The notes: generated by a model not told the origin, from the sequence alone. A DNA stretch of 64,000 bases from an uncultured bacterium (GCA_947085985.1 CAMTYL010000003.1:298108-362107); one strand, 5' to 3'. Counted from the stretch's first letter, positions 35,655 to 45,141 are shown. Numbers and translations: made by a program.

Positions 35655-36899
35655 CTAGCCATTCATGTCCCAAATCTTTGCCGCTACGTTTTGTGGAGAG
35701 CCTTCAAAGGGCAGGTGGTGATTGTCAAAGAATGGCATGCTATTACACTCCAAAATGCCACAACGCTCCGTCTCCTTCCAAGAACGTGAGATATCGCTAA
35801 TGATGAAATCAATGCCTGCAATGGTAGCGCCTAGCACTCGCGATACCTCCTCAAACAGCGCGACGTTGTCAGGGTGGGTGTCAGGCGTCACATCGCGGGT
35901 AGTACCACCCACACTCCAGTTCACTTTTTGGTGCAGCGTCACCCGAAGGCCTTCTGTTGGCACACTCGTGCGCGTGAGGTTCTGCCAGGCAAGCTCCTGG
36001 TCCGCAGTCTCGTCCAGTTTGATATGGTGGAAGTACGGCCCCTGACGCTTGGGGTGTGTATTTGCTTCTTTTACGAGCTCCTCCACTGTATGCGTTCCGT
36101 CTCCATAGACATGCGGCTGATCACGGCGAAGCGCTGCCGCAAACTTCCCGTTTACGGTAGTGGCGCGATATACCGGCCCCACGAGCTCTTCCTCAATAAC
36201 CGCGCGTGGCGCTACCTGCGTAGCAATCCGGAAGGCACGCACCAAATCTTCGTCCGTCATAACATGGAGCACCGTGTGGCGGGACGCGGAGCCTGAATAT
36301 GGCTTTACGATAGCTGGCGGGGTGAGCGACCGCATAATCTTACGCGCTCCAGCGAGCGTACGCGCGGTCCCTCCTTTTGCTACCGGTAGCCCTAGCTTCG
36401 TAAACTCCTCCTTTAGGACGGCCTTGTTGTCCATCCACGCCACGCGCCCCGTATTGGATTGTGGAAGTGGTATGCCTTCAAAAGCGATACTTCGCCCACT
36501 CGGATAGGTGGCTATAAAAATATTGTTCGGTAGGCCCCCCATGCGAAACTCCTCAACACGGATTCCTCGCCTTAGCGCCTCTTCCCATATCATACGCGCC
36601 ATCAATTGCGTGTCATTGTCAGGCTGTTGTATTCGCTTCGCGAGTGAAAGGCGCATGCCCACCTCTAGCATCTGGGGGGTAATGCGGCGGAGAACTCTGT
36701 TTACCCCAAGCGCAAACGCACTCGCAGGCTTTGCGCTGCCGCGAGGAGGTGAGCCAAATGCTGCTTCAAGAAGCTCTTCTATGACGATAGTTATATAGGT
36801 GACAGTGTGGAAGACGGACCCATCGCCACACTCTGGGCAGGGCTTCGGGGTTATATGATCGCGGATCATGGCATGAACCAGTATACCTACACAGCGCAC
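35655..36899 (-). CDS. ATP-grasp peptide ligase (cyanophycin-synthetase/RimK-like) with N-terminal Zn-ribbon
   Basis: 'CPECGDGS' ribbon; ATP-grasp core; paralogous to 36964..38181. Confidence 0.55.
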   Translation of the reverse strand: MRCVGILVHAMIRDHITPKPCPECGDGSVFHTVTYITIVIEELLEAAFGSPPRGSAKPASAFALGVNRVLRRITPQMLEVGMRLSLAKRIQQPDNDTQLMARMIWEEALRRGIRVEEFRMGGLPNNIFIATYPSGRSIAFEGIPLPQSNTGRVAWMDNKAVLKEEFTKLGLPVAKGGTARTLAGARKIMRSLTPPAIVKPYSGSASRHTVLHVMTDEDLVRAFRIATQVAPRAVIEEELVGPVYRATTVNGKFAAALRRDQPHVYGDGTHTVEELVKEANTHPKRQGPYFHHIKLDETADQELAWQNLTRTSVPTEGLRVTLHQKVNWSVGGTTRDVTPDTHPDNVALFEEVSRVLGATIAGIDFIISDISRSWKETERCGILECNSMPFFDNHHLPFEGSPQNVAAKIWDMNG

Positions 36900-36963
36900 C
36901 TTTGTGCACGGTGACCCTGTACGGTTTCCACTTCCTATTCCATACTCTCTCTATACCCATTGT

Positions 36964-38181
36964 ATGAGTACAAGCACCCCACGTACACGATGCGTCTTTT
37001 GTGGTGACGCTCCGGTGAATCACCGACTCCACTATTTCAATACCGCTTCAAGTCTACTTCCCACCCTGTTGTTTCCGCCCAAGACAACTTCCCCAAAGCG
37101 CTTCTATCAAATCAACTACTCTCCACTTGTGAGGGCACTCTCTCGCTGGCTCTTGACACTTCTTGGGCTGGTGGGAGCGTTTCGTTTTAGTGACGAGCCA
37201 GGGCCTACCACAACGTCACGCTCAAAGAGTGTATGGAAAGAAGCAGAGAGGAGAGGTATTAAGATGCAGGAGCTTGTAATGTTTGGACTTCGTCGTGAAG
37301 AAATGCGCGCACTTCTTCCTTCAAAGCCAAACGCCACCCGCCTCACGTGGGAGTATTTCAACAGCATTCCCATTCCTCCTTGGAAGAACCAGCTTGGAAA
37401 CAGCTGGATAGACGACAAAAGTACATTCAAGCGCATGTTTCAAAAACACAATCTGCCAATAGCCCGGGGAGCGTTTGTACGTTCATACAAAGAAGCCGAG
37501 CGTTTGTTTTCTGAAATTAATGGGCGCGTCATTACCAAGCCACGTGAGGGCTCACGCGCGCGCCATACCACGGTCGCCATCTCTACCGTGCACGAGCTTG
37601 AGGAGGGATTTTTTCGTGCCAAACAACTCTGTCCTTTTGTGATGGTGGAAGAGTTCATTGAAGGCACCCTTTACCGAGCCACCTGTGTAGACAAGAAGCT
37701 AATAGGTGTCGTGCAGTTTATAAAGCCCGCCACGGTAGCAGACGGTGTGCATACGGTAGAGCAACTAAGGGCGATTCATAACGAACATAAGAAGTTTCCG
37801 CATTTAACCGATGTACAGCCTGATGCGTGGTTTATAGATGCGATTACGCACCAAGGGTTTACACCAGAGACTGTTCTCCCAGAAGGAACACCGCTCCTTT
37901 TGTCCGAGCACTCGGAGCGACCGAACGGCGGATACTTCATAGATGTTACTGACGAGATCCCTGAAGCCACCCGAGCAACTATCGAGCGCGCCGCTACCGT
38001 GTGTGACGTAGAGGTAATTGGCTACGACATTATTTCAAAAGACCTAACCAATGCTGCACTACCCTTCACATTTATAGAGGGCAACACCCTACCCTATATT
38101 GAGCTACACGATATTCCGTTTGAGGGGACCCCAAGAAATGTGTCTGGCGCCGTATTTGATATGTGGTTCCCGAAGACCTAG
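36964..38181 (+). CDS. ATP-grasp peptide ligase paralog with N-terminal Zn-ribbon
   Basis: 'CVFCGDAP' ribbon; shared blocks with neighbour ('YRAT.V..K', 'DGTHTVE', 'PFEGTP.NV'). Confidence 0.55.
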   Translation: MSTSTPRTRCVFCGDAPVNHRLHYFNTASSLLPTLLFPPKTTSPKRFYQINYSPLVRALSRWLLTLLGLVGAFRFSDEPGPTTTSRSKSVWKEAERRGIKMQELVMFGLRREEMRALLPSKPNATRLTWEYFNSIPIPPWKNQLGNSWIDDKSTFKRMFQKHNLPIARGAFVRSYKEAERLFSEINGRVITKPREGSRARHTTVAISTVHELEEGFFRAKQLCPFVMVEEFIEGTLYRATCVDKKLIGVVQFIKPATVADGVHTVEQLRAIHNEHKKFPHLTDVQPDAWFIDAITHQGFTPETVLPEGTPLLLSEHSERPNGGYFIDVTDEIPEATRATIERAATVCDVEVIGYDIISKDLTNAALPFTFIEGNTLPYIELHDIPFEGTPRNVSGAVFDMWFPKT

Positions 38182-39098
38182 CGTACAAAGAACACAAGAA
38201 GAAGCAACAACCAAAGCATAAATGCCACCAGTAAAAGGTAGGCGCCTATTACCCGAGGAAAGAGCTTTGCGAGCACGGCCAGATAGCGCACTTCGGCAAT
38301 CTTGCTGGTAAACGGGTACCCAGCAGCATAGTAGGGCTGGTGCTTTGCTCGCCACTCGTCTACAAATCCAATAAGACGTGTTGAGTCACGCGAAAAGAGC
38401 TCCTTGAGTTTTTCGCTATGAGCGTCGTCAACCCACTCGCTTCCATTGAAATACTCAAGTGGTTGAAAATTGGTCTTATAGTTCATCCACGAGCCATACG
38501 TGACGCCGAAGTAGAGAAACGCTACTCCCGCCTTCTTAATGCGTTCTAGGAGCTCTATGTAGAGATAGATGCCAAGATGCGTGCGCGCGTAGGTGCGTGC
38601 ATATGCTTGATGCCACACATGCACCATATCTTCGTGATGAGCCTCTAGTGAATACCCCAGCAATTCGCCCTTGGCGCGATACTCAACAATATGCGTCAAA
38701 AATGGCGAGGCAAATATAGCTCGAAGTCTCTCCTGCGACATGGCCTCTTTCCCAAACCGGAACACGAAGTAGGACAGGCAAAACTGAAACGCCCCTTCCA
38801 GGTCTGTGTACGCTTCTTTTGGCACCACGACTACTTCTATACCCCCCGGAATGACTTCTTCTACTTTCCGCTTCACTCTGTTGTGATAGTGTCGTATTTC
38901 AAACTCCCCCACACGCACACGCACTCCCCGTGCCATATACATAAGGTTGTCGCTCTGGTCACGCGCGACAATTGCCGGTAAGAAGCCGCGCTTATACATT
39001 TCTGAAATACGGTCTCCTTTTTCAAGTTCTCCGTATACCGAGTACCCAAAGGAATAAAAGGCTGGATGTGCGGTCAGCTCTGCGTAAAAGACTTTCAT
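38178..39098 (-). CDS. arginyl/leucyl-tRNA--protein transferase-like (ATE/Bpt family) protein with C-terminal TM helix
   Basis: 'LYFGVTYGSWMNYKTNFQPLEYF' resembles ATE_C block '[26 protein letters not shown]'; overlaps paralog stop by 4 nt. Confidence 0.4.
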   Translation of the reverse strand: MKVFYAELTAHPAFYSFGYSVYGELEKGDRISEMYKRGFLPAIVARDQSDNLMYMARGVRVRVGEFEIRHYHNRVKRKVEEVIPGGIEVVVVPKEAYTDLEGAFQFCLSYFVFRFGKEAMSQERLRAIFASPFLTHIVEYRAKGELLGYSLEAHHEDMVHVWHQAYARTYARTHLGIYLYIELLERIKKAGVAFLYFGVTYGSWMNYKTNFQPLEYFNGSEWVDDAHSEKLKELFSRDSTRLIGFVDEWRAKHQPYYAAGYPFTSKIAEVRYLAVLAKLFPRVIGAYLLLVAFMLWLLLLLVFFVR

Positions 39099-39131
39099 GC
39101 CGTTCCTTAAAGTATAAGCTATACTTTACCT

Positions 39132-39644
39132 ATGAAATATATCCGTATTATCTCTCCTAAAAGGATGGTCCAGGACTTGCGCCATGAACGAGTCGGCACG
39201 TACGAGTTCTATGCGTACACCGCCATTTTTATACTCGGCACGTTCTTCTCGCTTCTGCTGGTCTTTGGCCCTTGGGAAGGTGCAGTATTGTATCGCTCTC
39301 CCATTCTTGAATTCTTTGACCGTGTACTCGGTGGAGTAGTGACGCTCGGTAGTATTGCCCTTGCCTACTACATAAACAAGAAAGGCGACAACAAGCGATT
39401 TTGGTATCGCTACGTGTCAATCATGATTCCTATCGGAATCATCCTTGGTGCGGCAGGCTTCGTATTTTTTGCCTTTGCCGCGATTATTGGATTTATTGAT
39501 ATTGAATATTACGCATACTCAGACCTATTCCTATTTATAGTTCTGTATATCGCCGCTCTTCTGATTATCTGGGAATCAATGAAGCGTGTCTCCACAAGGG
39601 CTGACATAGAGCGTCGCAACTTCTTGCAACGACTTCTCTTCTAG
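39132..39644 (+). CDS. hypothetical membrane protein (4 TM)
   Basis: Hydrophobic profile. Confidence 0.4.
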   Translation: MKYIRIISPKRMVQDLRHERVGTYEFYAYTAIFILGTFFSLLLVFGPWEGAVLYRSPILEFFDRVLGGVVTLGSIALAYYINKKGDNKRFWYRYVSIMIPIGIILGAAGFVFFAFAAIIGFIDIEYYAYSDLFLFIVLYIAALLIIWESMKRVSTRADIERRNFLQRLLF

Positions 39645-39656
39645 AGAGAGGATTGT

Positions 39657-40643
39657 CTACAAAAGCAGGTAGCCTGTGTAGAGAACATAGAGCACCAGGA
39701 ACACTACGCCCTGCCAACGGTCAATATGACCACGCTTACCAAGAAAGAGTGCAAGAAACAGCAGGAGCGTTGCACCAACCATAACAAGCGCATCAACTAC
39801 AAATGCTCCACGCACAGGTAGTGGCGCTATTGTCGCACTTGCGCCAAGCACAAAGAGGATATTAAAGATGTTCGAACCTACGACATTTCCTACAGCAATA
39901 TCTATCTGCTTGCGCCAAGCAGCCATCGCAGAGGTCGCTAGTTCGGGTAGCGACGTACCCACCGCAACCACCGTGAGTCCTATCACGGCTTCGGATAGCC
40001 CCGCCAAGTTGGCAAGAATAACTGCCTGGTCAACCAAGATGCGTCCACCTACAACGAGCGCCGCAAGTCCGCCGATTGTGTAGAGCGTTGAGCGCAAAAC
40101 ACTCTGAGGTGCTTCTTCGGTCTCTTCAAGAGGAATCACCGAACGGTCCGCACGCACAAGTGCAACGATGTAAAAGAGAAAGATAGCGAACAGACCGATG
40201 AACGCCAGCCCATCCGTTCGTGTAATCACATTTGAAGCGCCACCATCAAGCAGTACATCACTTCCAAATACGAGTACCAAGACAGCAGCTAAAAGCGCGA
40301 ATGGAATCTCCCACTTCACCGTGCTGGACTTGACCGAGAGACTCGTGATGATGGCGGACACACCGAGCACCAGCAGAATATTCACAATGTTTGAACCGAC
40401 GACGTTCCCCACTGCAATGTCAGTTGCTCCGGAGAGAGCAGCGTAGAGACTCACCGTAAACTCAGGGAGCGAGGTACCAAACGCTACAACCGTAAGACCA
40501 ATAACAAGTGCAGGAATACCAAAGCGCCTGGCAATTGAAGAGGCGCCCTTCACGAGCCAATCCGCACCCAAGACGAGCATCACAAGCCCTACGATGAGTA
40601 GGGCGATAACGATAAGAATTTGCATATACGAGCCAGTATACAA
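39657..40643 (-). CDS. Ca2+/Na+ antiporter (CaCA/YrbG family)
   Basis: Two alpha-repeat 'GTSLPE' motifs. Confidence 0.8.
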   Translation of the reverse strand: MYTGSYMQILIVIALLIVGLVMLVLGADWLVKGASSIARRFGIPALVIGLTVVAFGTSLPEFTVSLYAALSGATDIAVGNVVGSNIVNILLVLGVSAIITSLSVKSSTVKWEIPFALLAAVLVLVFGSDVLLDGGASNVITRTDGLAFIGLFAIFLFYIVALVRADRSVIPLEETEEAPQSVLRSTLYTIGGLAALVVGGRILVDQAVILANLAGLSEAVIGLTVVAVGTSLPELATSAMAAWRKQIDIAVGNVVGSNIFNILFVLGASATIAPLPVRGAFVVDALVMVGATLLLFLALFLGKRGHIDRWQGVVFLVLYVLYTGYLLL

Positions 40644-40713
40644 GACGGAACAGACAGGTGCGGACAGTTCCAGCTATTTTTAAGTGCGGAGCCGCACAAG
40701 GCGGCATTCAGTT

Positions 40714-40802
40714 GCGGAGAGGGGGAGATTCGAACTCCCGAGGAACTTTCATCCCTGCCGGTTTTCGAAACCGGTGCATTCGACCACTCTGCCACCTCTC
40801 CA
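40714..40802 (-). tRNA. tRNA-Ser (anticodon CGA), type II with long variable arm
   Basis: Cloverleaf folded by hand: acceptor GGAGAGG/CCTCTCC, anticodon loop TTCGAAA, T-arm GGGAGTTCGAATCTCCC. Confidence 0.8.
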
Positions 40803-40865
40803 GGGCGTATTGTCCCGACATCCTAGCATTTTGGGGCATTAAAATGTAGGATGTGTCTACACAGA

Positions 40866-40937
40866 CGGTCCCATCGTCTAACGGTTAGGACGCCCGCCTT
40901 TCACGCAGGAAATCGGGGTTCGATTCCCCGTGGGATC
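40866..40937 (+). tRNA. tRNA-Glu (anticodon TTC)
   Basis: Acceptor GGTCCCA/TGGGATC (one G-U), anticodon loop CTTTCAC, T-arm CGGGGTTCGATTCCCCG; one C-A mismatch in anticodon stem; terminator 40949-40990. Confidence 0.65.
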
Positions 40938-41056
40938 ACACTGAGACAAAATTAGGGTTGCTATACATTGGCAACCCTAATTTTGTTTTCCGGCTGTCTC
41001 TTAGGTAATGCAGTGGCTGCACTTGAACCGTGACTAGTACTTAGTACAATGTACAA

Positions 41057-41779
41057 ATGGGTTCTATTCTTCCAAGACGGATTGATCCTGCAAAGAAGTC
41101 CGAGGCATTTTCTCTTCGTCTTGCCGGTGCCAGTTATCGTGAAATCCAAAATAAGCTTGGCATTTCTTCCCGAGGCACCCTAAGCTATTGGTTCAAAGAA
41201 CTCATACTTACTCCAGAAGCACAGCAGCGCCTGGAAAAACACTCGGCCAAGGCCGCCAGAGTAGGATTCACCCAGTTTAACAAGAATAGGTCGGCTCGAA
41301 TTAAGGCAGAAGACTTGGAAGCATACCAAAGTGGAAAAGAGATTGTTGGCGTGTTAAGTCACCGCGAGCTCATGTTGATAGGCGCTGCACTTTACTGGGG
41401 TGAAGGAACTAAAAGCGGTGGTGTCAATAACACTCCTAGACTTGTTTTTACTAATTCGGACCCAAATATGATTGTAGTGTTTATGCACTTTGTGCGTAAC
41501 GGATTAAACATACCTGAAGACAAAATTTCTGGTGAGCTGCACTTGTACGAAAATATAAATCCGAATACTGCCAAGATATATTGGTCGGAAATTACAGGAA
41601 TTCCAACTAATCGTTTTTGGTTCACGAATCTTGTGAGTAGAGCTAGTCAGGGTAGACGACCCACCAATCGCCTACCCTACGGCACATTGGCAATCCGCAT
41701 ACCAGGACGATTGTACTTTGCAAGGATTCGGGGAATGATGGATGGTTTGTACGAAAGCTGTACGAATACGAGCCATTAG
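41057..41779 (+). CDS. HTH-domain protein with LAGLIDADG-like block (possible homing-endonuclease-like), paralog of 51463..52116
   Basis: N-terminal HTH 'GASYREIQNKLGIS'; shared blocks 'LYWGEGTK', 'KIYWSEITGIP', 'LPYGTLAIRI' with the paralog. Confidence 0.4.
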   Translation: MGSILPRRIDPAKKSEAFSLRLAGASYREIQNKLGISSRGTLSYWFKELILTPEAQQRLEKHSAKAARVGFTQFNKNRSARIKAEDLEAYQSGKEIVGVLSHRELMLIGAALYWGEGTKSGGVNNTPRLVFTNSDPNMIVVFMHFVRNGLNIPEDKISGELHLYENINPNTAKIYWSEITGIPTNRFWFTNLVSRASQGRRPTNRLPYGTLAIRIPGRLYFARIRGMMDGLYESCTNTSH

Positions 41780-41810
41780 TGAGACTGTGTGAAATTGATA
41801 TATTATTACT

Positions 41811-42140
41811 ATGAACACTCCACGACCAGCTCCCGGTTATTACTATCACTACAAGCACGACCCGAGTGGACCTATCAATAACTACGCGTACGAGGTTATG
41901 GGTGTTGGGCACCATACTGAGGACGACTGTCGCCCTGAAGATCAGTATGTAGTGGTATACCGCCCACTGTACGAGGCGTTCGTGTACAAAAACGGAAAGA
42001 TGTTTGATATTCGCCCGCTTTCAATGTTTATGGAAACGGTTGAGAAGGATGGTGTCGTACGCGAACGCTTTACACCCATTACTGATGCAGAAACTATCGC
42101 TGCGCTCCGAGCTATTGCATCGGAAATGTACGGCCTGTAA
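41811..42140 (+). CDS. DUF1653-family protein
   Basis: 'GYYYHYKHDP...YEVMGV' pattern typical of DUF1653. Confidence 0.5.
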   Translation: MNTPRPAPGYYYHYKHDPSGPINNYAYEVMGVGHHTEDDCRPEDQYVVVYRPLYEAFVYKNGKMFDIRPLSMFMETVEKDGVVRERFTPITDAETIAALRAIASEMYGL

Positions 42141-42584
42141 TTATCCTTTCTGAAATCGTCTGTCGTGCGCGGCGTACCGTCGACGAAGCGCTCCCTCGTC
42201 TCCATACTCTACAAAATCTTTCTCGTGAGGGGCAGGCACATACCCACGCACCTCAAGATGCTCAATGGGACAAAAGTAGCTCTCGGTCTTCCCTGCAATA
42301 ACTGATGCGTAGTGAAACCAACCGTTTACATAGCCGCAGTATCCGCACCACAACCGTTCAACAAGCGAAAGATACGGCAACTTTTCTCTGTCCATAATCC
42401 GAATGTACTGAGAGCGCTTCACGTACTTCATGCCATAGAGTGGAAAACAGACACGGTGATATATCTCCACGCATATATCTGCAAACACAATGGGGACTAT
42501 CATTCCTAGAATGAACGGCGTGGAAACTGCGTGACGTAGAAACCTGAAGTGAAGCTTTTTCGTTGACATATCGTTTATAGTCAC
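42141..42584 (-). CDS. hypothetical membrane protein
   Basis: 147 aa, hydrophobic N-terminus, Cys cluster 'CGYCGY'. Confidence 0.35.
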   Translation of the reverse strand: MTINDMSTKKLHFRFLRHAVSTPFILGMIVPIVFADICVEIYHRVCFPLYGMKYVKRSQYIRIMDREKLPYLSLVERLWCGYCGYVNGWFHYASVIAGKTESYFCPIEHLEVRGYVPAPHEKDFVEYGDEGALRRRYAAHDRRFQKG

Positions 42585-42743
42585 CCAAAAGTCTAATTAT
42601 ACCTAACGGACAGAACGACTCTCATCTGAAGAAACATCGATGATACTGTACGGATAAAACTAATTGACGATTATCTGTCAGCAGTATAATGTCCATAGCA
42701 GTACCGCGTACATTCCTCAAACAAAAAAGAACGGAACATTCCG

Positions 42744-43028
42744 ATGAAGAAGCTTTTTGTTTCTGTGGCCATTGCCGCCACGATGTTCGCCGGCGCTTCT
42801 GCTCCGGTCGCCGTCGCCCAGACTGCTCCGACGGCGCAGCTCCAGAGTGTCCAGACAATATATGGCTACCGGTGCTGGACCTACGACACCGCTGGCTACT
42901 ACTGGGCCGGATGGCACTCCAGCCTACCCCGAGCCAGGCAACTCGCGATGGCCGCCTGTCGGCAGAACCGGGGCTATGCGGCGGTGTGCTACCACGTCCA
43001 GGGGCCCTGCGAGAAGGGCTACTTCTAA
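42744..43028 (+). CDS. GC-rich secreted small Cys-containing protein (94 aa)
   Basis: Signal peptide 'MKKLFVSVAIAATMFAGASAPVAVA'; promoter TTGACG..TATAAT upstream; terminator GAGGCTCCGTCGG..CCGACGGAGCCTC 43040-43075. Confidence 0.5.
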   Translation: MKKLFVSVAIAATMFAGASAPVAVAQTAPTAQLQSVQTIYGYRCWTYDTAGYYWAGWHSSLPRARQLAMAACRQNRGYAAVCYHVQGPCEKGYF

Positions 43029-43074
43029 GTTCCAGACAAGAGGCTCCGTCGGTTTTCCGACGGAGCCTCGGCTT

Positions 43075-43698
43075 TTATACTATTCCGAGCTCTTCGCGAG
43101 AGAGAGCCCCGTCACGAAGCACAAGAGGTGTCTCGCCCGTGTAGAGCACGATCGTAGAAGCAAGCACTCCTTCACGGGGACCGTCATCAACCACCAAATC
43201 AACGAGCTGCGACTCTGCCCCAAGCGACACAATGATGTCAATGGGAAGACTTTGCGTCGGTTCCCCTGCCTTGTTTGCGCTGGTGGCTGTGTACGGCGAG
43301 AAAAACTCTTGTCCAAGTGCGCGTACAAAGGGGTCGTTTGGAACACGCATAGCAACCGCTCCGTTGTATACCACCGCTTCTGGAAGGTGGTCCCGCGCGG
43401 GTACGACAAGGGTAAGCGCTCCTGGTAAGTGGGTGTGTGCGAACACCGCTTGTGGCTCCGCTAGCTTTCCGTGCTCATAGAGCGCGTGCACGTCGGGCAC
43501 CACAATGGATACCGGCTTCTTTGGATCTCGTTCCTTAATTGCCCACAGGCGCTCTAGTGCGTCCTGGTTCTCGACGTCAGCCGCCAACCCATAGAGTGTG
43601 TCGGTGGGATAGAGCACAATGCCACCATGCGCGAGTGCTCGCGCAGCCTCTTTTGCTGCTTCCTCGTATCCCACGTCGCTCACGCGGACAAATCTCAT
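43075..43698 (-). CDS. tsaC: L-threonylcarbamoyladenylate synthase (YrdC/Sua5 family)
   Basis: 'YPTDTLYGLAAD' YrdC signature. Confidence 0.8.
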   Translation of the reverse strand: MRFVRVSDVGYEEAAKEAARALAHGGIVLYPTDTLYGLAADVENQDALERLWAIKERDPKKPVSIVVPDVHALYEHGKLAEPQAVFAHTHLPGALTLVVPARDHLPEAVVYNGAVAMRVPNDPFVRALGQEFFSPYTATSANKAGEPTQSLPIDIIVSLGAESQLVDLVVDDGPREGVLASTIVLYTGETPLVLRDGALSREELGIV

Positions 43699-43740
43699 AT
43701 ATTGAATCGTAGCGTGGGATGCGGTATTGTGCGAGTGTTC

Positions 43741-43813
43741 GCGCGGTTAGCTCAGTTGGTAGAGCGCGTCATTGACGTTGACGATGTCGGGGGTTCGAAT
43801 CCCTCACCGCGCA
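43741..43813 (+). tRNA. tRNA-Val (anticodon GAC)
   Basis: Acceptor GCGCGGT/ACCGCGC, anticodon loop TTGACGT, T-loop TTCGAAT; terminator 43819-43845. Confidence 0.85.
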
Positions 43814-44047
43814 CAAACATAGACCCCGAAAGGGGTCTATTGTTTTGAGCGGTAGCCTGTCTGGGAGACAGGCGTGAGGGATTCGAAGACCTTGCGAGCA
43901 TACTTTGGAAGAAACTGACAAAGTATCCGCAAGGTGTACTGATCCTGTAAGGATCGAAAGCGTAATCGCTTATCCCTCACCCAAAAAGTGCACAATCAGA
44001 TTTTTTTAGCTCTTTAGTGCTAGCCTTTTATCTAGAGGAGGAATCGC

Positions 44048-44185
44048 CATGCGAGAATTCACTAATGTGGACCGGCTGGACATCGGCATCCACAGCAGCG
44101 GCTTACTGGTGCCAAGCATCTTCGGCGTACTGGTTGCCGCAGTTGTCCTATGGGTCGTCCTTAAGAACTTTGGACGGCGCGTATG
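44048..44185 (+). CDS. 45-aa GC-rich single-TM peptide with consensus SD (AGGAGG)
   Basis: 'LLVPSIFGVLVAAVVLWVVL'; terminator ACGCCGCCCG..CGGGCGGCGT at 44195-44240. Confidence 0.4.
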
Positions 44186-44283
44186 AAACCGCCCCTACAC
44201 GCCGCCCCGCGCATAACGCAACGGGCGGCGTCACCTTTTCCCTGTCTCGCGAAACAGCCCTAAACGCGCTACACTCGCCCTAT

Positions 44284-45141
44284 ATGGACCGCACTGTCAT
44301 TCTCTATCATGGTTCTTGCCCAGACGGCTTTGGGTCAGCGTACGCTGCTTGGAAGCGCTTTGGCGAGACAGCAGAATACATTCCCCTTCATCGTGGCGAC
44401 CCGCTTCCAGAAGGTCTTGAAGGCGACCATCTCTACTTCTTGGATTTTACCTACGAGCAGGCAGACATGGACCACTTTGTGGCCATCGCAAAGACCGTAA
44501 CCGTGCTTGACCACCACAGTGGGGTGCAGGACGTTGTTGAGTCTATGCCTGCGTATATATACGACAACAACAAGTCAGGCGCTGGTATTTCATGGTCATA
44601 CTTTAATCCGACACTTCCGTTCCCAAAGCTTCTGGAACACATTCAAGACGACGACTTGTTCCGCTTTGCACTTCCTGACACTAAAGCGGTGCTTTCCTAC
44701 CTCACCGTGCATCCGTTCACGTTTGAGTCCTGGGACGAGCTTGCGCAGAAGCTTGAAGACGAAGCTTCTGCAGAATCATTCCTCACTACCGCTCACGCGT
44801 ATGCGCAGTACACAACCCTGCTTGCGCAGTCAGCGGCGAACAAGGCGGTACGCATTAGCTTTGAGGGATACGAGGTGATGTTTGCAAATGCTCACCCAAG
44901 CAAAGTAATGAAGTCGCTCGTTGGTAATCTCCTTGCAAAGGAACACCCGCCATTTGCACTCGTAGCGTCTGCTCACCCAAAGGGTTTTGGTATCTCCATT
45001 CGTGGGAACGGCTCTGTGAACGTGGCAAAGCTTGCAGAGAAGTACGGAGGGAATGGCCACCACGATTCTGCAGGCTTCCTCGTTCCTGCAGAGCAACCGA
45101 TGCCGTGGACACTTATTGAAGATGAAGATTCTAGCAATTGA
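44284..45141 (+). CDS. DHH-family phosphoesterase (NrnA-like nanoRNase/pAp phosphatase)
   Basis: 'ILYHGSCPDGFGSA' and 'LDHHSG' DHH motifs; start at internal ATG 'MDRTV'. Confidence 0.7.
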   Translation: MDRTVILYHGSCPDGFGSAYAAWKRFGETAEYIPLHRGDPLPEGLEGDHLYFLDFTYEQADMDHFVAIAKTVTVLDHHSGVQDVVESMPAYIYDNNKSGAGISWSYFNPTLPFPKLLEHIQDDDLFRFALPDTKAVLSYLTVHPFTFESWDELAQKLEDEASAESFLTTAHAYAQYTTLLAQSAANKAVRISFEGYEVMFANAHPSKVMKSLVGNLLAKEHPPFALVASAHPKGFGISIRGNGSVNVAKLAEKYGGNGHHDSAGFLVPAEQPMPWTLIEDEDSSN

